This document shows, in pieces, positions 58,801 through 64,000 of a stretch of DNA of 64,000 nucleotides. Origin of the DNA: Eledone cirrhosa (lineage: Eukaryota); NCBI GenBank assembly GCA_964016885.1, contig OZ024747.1, positions 71,548,001 through 71,612,000 on the forward strand. The letters are read 5' to 3'. Under the pieces are notes generated by a model that did no database searches, was not told the DNA's origin, and worked only from the letters and a program-made list of their open reading frames with translations. The translations under genes were made by a program, and so were the position numbers. Positions within the stretch are counted from its first letter, which is position 1. Every line of letters starts with the position of its first letter.

Positions 58801-59429
58801 ATTGTTGTTGTTTACATTCCTAACATCACTATTGACACAGGAGGCCATAACGCTGTCGTGCTATAAATAACAACCAAATCTCTTTTATATTATACTCTAG
58901 AGTTATTGAATAGTATAGACTGGATTATATTATGTCTGATAAAGGACGGTTTAGTCTTGGCTGGAAAACTTTTGATCATGCTTTCGCTTAACTTGAGTAG
59001 ACGGAAGCTAAATAACAACAACGACAACATATAGCTATATAGTGTAGACTGAAATTAGACAATTTATTGGCAATATCATAACAAAAATTAAATGTGAAAT
59101 GTTCGCAACAACCAAATCTAACGGTGTCAGCTAATTAATTGTAAGCTATTATCACAGAGAAATGTATTTTACCTGAAGGGGTTTGCTGCTACTGAGTCGA
59201 CCGACAATTTCACTGAGTAGAGTCAACAAAATGGAATTTTAAAAAGCTTTTTTTTTTTCACGTTGCTTTTTGCCCAGCAAAACCTAGACATTGGCATAAA
59301 ATGGCCTGCTTGCTAAATAGACAGGCCTAGCAAATTATAAAGATATCAATCACAATAACTTCATCATAAACACCTCTTACAGGCTAAATGCCGCCTATCT
59401 ATCTATATCTATGCCTCACTCTGTGTATC

Positions 59430-59490
<61 letters not shown>

Positions 59491-60941
59491 TTAGTGGGAA
59501 GACAGCGAGGGGTAGATAGATAGCTAGATAGATAGATATTAGCAATACCACGAAGACATTCTGCGATGCATGTGATTGAGTTTGGGGGAGAGAAAGTGAG
59601 AAAGAAATATAGAGGAAGAATCGACCTCAGCACTTGACTGGTACTTTTTTATCGACCTCGAAAGGATGAAAGACAATGTTAACCTCCACGAGAGAGAGAG
59701 AGAGAACCGAAACGAGTACTGCCAAGCATTCTATCCGACGTTCTAACGACCGTGCCAATTCACCGCCGCAGATATATATCATATAAATAAAGCAAATTTA
59801 ATGTGCAAAAATATAGTAAAGAAAAATCATAAATATAGTAAATAAAAGTCAAAATGAATGTCTAAGCTGCTAACAATTAACAAATTGACATGAAAAAAAA
59901 ACGAAAAACATTAAAATTGATGATTAATTATCCATATAGTTAAGAGTTGAAAGTCAATATTTTTATCTTTTTTTTTTTTCTTGTGTATGTGTGTTCTAAT
60001 TTTTGTTTCTATACTGTAGAACAAATCTGCTCTGGTGTGTTACGTGGGTAAAAAATTCCTGAGTTATTGTAGTTGTAGTTGTATCAGAATTCTAGGGATT
60101 TTGTTGTTTATCTTTTTTTTTTTAGGTGGGAGGAGACATGATTAAAGTGATTTGACGTAGAGGTTTCGTGTTTACCTTGTTGAAAGAAAGAAGACCGCGT
60201 GTTTGTTTTCTTAGCGGGTAAATACCTTTATGGGAGCGCTGTGAATGATTGATGCTGCAAATAATGGAATGAACGTAGGATGAAGTGTAGATAAAATTCA
60301 CGAAATTTCGTGTTTCAAGTCCATACCTGTTAATTAGGATTTTTGACGAAAAGGTTGACATAAGTAAAGAGAGTATACGAACGCGTCTGTTTGTCTAAAA
60401 TAGAGCTATTTATTTCGTCAAATATTTTATCTGAAACTACGTTCAGATCTTCGGATAATTCCTGGAAATCACATGGTAACAATGGTAGAATCCTGACAAA
60501 TTGATGAAGCGAAATTGCGTACTAGAAAAAGATTGTGTAGATATTTTGCGAGGCAGATAGGTTAATGATGCGAGTAAAGAATTTAGAGAAAGGAAGTGAT
60601 AGACATAATGACCGGTGATCAAAGCTCACCGACCGGGGTCCCAGCAATGGTCGAAATTTGGCCTCATACAAAGAGAGAACAGATGGTTGTAAGAATAGTG
60701 CGAGAACATTAAGGAAGGAAGTTTTTTAAAAAGATGATAGGGGAGGTGGGTGAAAGGACAGTCTGGGGGGGGGGCTATGGGATTGAGGGTATGGGGGTGG
60801 CATGGGTGTGGTAGGAAAGAAATTGGTAGATGTGCGTGATTTCAGTCTATGTGTCCTAGAATCTATTAAAGTGAATTGTTCCCACTGGTGCGTATGCGTG
60901 TGTATGCCTGTACATACATACGGAGAGCGAGAATGACAGAT

Positions 60942-61416
60942 AAATTTCTTTATTAGCCACAAGGGCACAAAAGAAGGGGACAAATACAAATGGGGAGTTT
61001 ACATACAGGTATATGAAAATAAAACTATTAATACAATAACAAATAACAATTGAAATCCCCAATAGGGGGGAGGAGTTACATAGGGGTTGTACACACCCGA
61101 AAAAATGTACAACCCTCATCTCCAGGAGCACCAAGAGTGAGTGAGTACTCCATTCCTCTCTTCCTCTTTTTCCTCAACCTACAGGCTTATATAGAGAGAA
61201 GGCCCAACCACTCGGGCCATCTTTGCCACATTCACCCAGCTTTTATAAAATTTGCTGGGGTACAGCACCTCTCTCTCCATCCTGATTCTTCTTCCAAAAT
61301 GATATTTGAAAAAACGAATCAGTTGCTCGCCGGAGAGAAAGGTGTCTGACCTCAGCCCTTTCAACCTCGTCCACCATATAACCTCTTTCACCATAGCCAT
61401 TACTCAAAGGAAAGAA
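60942..61416 (-). mobile_element. Short 3' copy of a diverged subfamily of the Tx1-like LINE
   Basis: Translation MAMVKEVIWWTRLKGLRSDTFLSG..PSLYISL matches the ORF2 C-terminus; (GATA)n at its 5' junction. Confidence 0.9.
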
Positions 61417-61417
61417 T

Positions 61418-61473
<56 letters not shown>

Positions 61474-61565
61474 TGTTTCTTTTATTTGCCACCAGGGCAT
61501 CAAAAGTGGGACAAGTACAATGGGGGGAGTTTACAAAACAAGGCGTCCTCAATAAGGAGGAGGCA

Positions 61566-61567
<2 letters not shown>
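61474..61567 (-). mobile_element. ~95-bp 3'-terminal micro-copy of the 7594-12026 LINE subfamily
   Basis: Matches 7594-7688; (GATA)n on both sides. Confidence 0.9.
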
Positions 61568-61616
<49 letters not shown>

Positions 61617-64000
61617 TGTTTCTTTATTAGCCACAGGAGCACAAAAGAAGGGGACAAATACAAAGGGGGAAGTTTACATACAATAAAAACGTGTAAAATG
61701 TTATCACAAATGCAATTTAAAAAGTTAGTCGATTTTCCCCAATGGGGCGAGACATTACATATGGGTAACACATACCCCCGAAAAAAATGTGCAACCCTCA
61801 TCTCCAGGAGTACGAAGAGTTTGTACTCCTTTCCTCTCCTCCTCCTTTTCCTCAACCTACAGGCTGATATAGAGAGAAAGCCCATTCACTCGGGCCATTC
61901 TCGCCACTTTCACCCACCTTTCATAAAACTTGCACCTCTCTCTCCATCCTGATTCTTCTTCCAAAGTGGTATTTGAAAAAAAGAATCAGTTGTTGGCCGG
62001 AGAGAAAGGTGTCTGACCTCAGCCCTTTCAACCTTGTCCACCATACAACCTCTTTCGCCATAGCTATCACACAAAGGAAAATCGCCTCTCCTTCGTTTTT
62101 GAAGGAGAGTGGCGGTTTGATCATGACAATGGACTCGGTGGTCAACCGGATTGGTCCCACCCGCGACAATAGTCGTTCTACATAGCCCCACAGGTCAGTG
62201 ACGCCCGGGCAGTGTATGAATGCATGCGCGACGGTTTCTTCGTTTCGTACGCACCTCGGACAGATCTTTTTTGCAGGGTCCCTGCCCGGGCGCCCATGTC
62301 TGTAGAGCTTGTCTCGAACTGGTAGAGCACCTCGGTAGCACTGCTAGGCCAGGGACTTTTGGAAGTTGTCCATCGGTCCCGGGCGGAAGGTCCTACCGAA
62401 CAGACTGACCAGTTCATCTTCCTCTACGCCTAGAGTTTCACCGAGCGCGTCGTCGCACTTGCTGCGGATCAACCCTCTATAGAATGACGAAGTGGAGTCT
62501 CCACTGATCGCCGGGTCCGCCTGCCAGAGGGCTGTGAGCGCCTGAGCACATTCGATGTGCCAGTTGCCCATTTTCCTCGGTCTTTGCTTGACCCAGGACT
62601 GCAGCTCTGTCAGCGAGACGTTCCGGTGAGGAATACGTAGAGATGCCGCAGCCTGAGCGCGTGTTTGCGCATCGTCAACCACGGTATCCCCAGCCCTCCG
62701 TTAGAAGGGTGTTGGAAGCAGATGGATCTTCTCACCAAAGGAGCCCGCCTCTTCCAAAGGAATCGGAAGAGCGCGCGCTCCATTTTGGCGAGCGTTTTGG
62801 CTGGACAAGGCACGACGGTCAAGCGGTAGTAGATGGCGGACGCTATAAAAGTGTTCGCCACCTCCGCTCGACCTTTCAAGGATAGTTTGCACTCGGCCCA
62901 CTTCTGGGTGAGTGCAAACACCTTGGCCGTCACTTCGTTCCAGTTCTTCTCCACCTGGAGGTCCGGACCAAACCAGACCCCGAGCAGCTTTACCGGTCCT
63001 TCCGTCCAGCGTCCGACGACGCCATCAGAAGGCATCGGTTTGCCTCTCCACAATCCGAGTTGCAAACCGATGGACTTGTCCCGGTTCAGCTTCGCTCCTG
63101 TGAAACTTTCGTATTCCTTCAGTAAGGTGCCGACTTCCTCGATTTGCGAGGCGGTCGACACCATTACTGTCACGTCGTCGGCGTAGGCCGACTCCGCTTT
63201 CCGCAGTCCCGGTTCCAGAGGGATGCCCTGCAATAGCTCCAACTTCCGCAGTAGTGGCTCGAGAGTCAGTACGTACAGAAGGGAGGAGAGGGGGCATCCC
63301 TGTCGAATGGATCGCGTAATATGGAACGGCTCCGAGGGGTAGCCGTTCACCTTGACCCTTGAGCAGATGTTGCTGTTGTACATTGCAGCAATCCAGCCCC
63401 TGAACACGGGTCCGAAGCCTGCCGCCTCGAGCACCGCATCCAGGTAACGATGGTCAACCCTATCGAAAGCCTTAGACTGATCCAAGTTGATCAGGGCCCC
63501 ACCAAAGCGGGGTTTACACCCTACCCTCTCTATGATGTATCGCATGAGGTGGAGGTTGTCGTGTATGGACCTGGTCGGGATTGCGCATGTCTGCGCTTCT
63601 CCCACCAGGTTCTCGACGACAAGCGCCAGCCTCTTTGCCAACACCTTGGCCAAAATCTGTAACTCTGTGTTTAGCAGAGTTATGGGCCAGAAGTTGCCTA
63701 TGTCATCCCCCTTATTCTCGTCCTTCCTGATTAGTGTGACTACGCCCCCGGTTTCAGAACTGGGAATTCTCCCGTTCTGTTGTCAGTTGCAGTAGACCGC
63801 TTCCAGGAGACCGGAGAATAAGTCCGGCATTGCTACGTAAAATTCGTAGGGTAGACCGTTGAGACCTGGAGATTTGCGTTTGCCGCATTGGCTCAACGCG
63901 TCCCCTATCTCAGCGGCTGAAATCGGCTTTTCACAGAACTTTGCCTCGCTGTCCGAGAGTCGCGGTAGGCCGTCGAGGTGTGGACCGAAATCCATAGCCC
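61617..64000 (-). mobile_element. Disrupted copy of the diverged Tx1-like LINE subfamily, continuing beyond the window
   Basis: RT frame 62610..63653 with RQGCPLS and YADD; stops and small deletions near 63783, 62620, 62344, 61930; (GATA)n at the 3' end. Confidence 0.93.

Overview
AT-rich animal (eukaryotic) DNA with no recognisable host gene. The (TA)n density and SINE types suggest a cephalopod such as Octopus (inference). The window is a mosaic of microsatellites and the elements inserted into them. (1) Many Penelope-like element (PLE) insertions in (TA)n: three recognisable RT/GIY-YIG families plus many short hairpin derivatives. I can fold about ten different hammerhead ribozyme (HHR) sequence types in them by eye. 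(2) A Tx1/L1-clade LINE with an intact 1153-aa APE-RT ORF2 and four further copies, almost all bounded by (GATA)n. (3) Many tRNA-derived SINEs. (4) A decayed mariner, a hAT MITE, a non-autonomous Helitron-like element and an RTE-like LINE 3' end. The most unusual signals are a hammerhead-like motif whose three strands occur in an order matching none of types I/II/III (14899-14958), fold-back elements with an HHR on each arm and a one-sided tail, a GTCGAGTGCT-like motif shared by tails of unrelated PLE families, and the apparent (GATA)n specificity of the LINE. All folding and alignment was done by eye, and coordinates of decayed elements are approximate.
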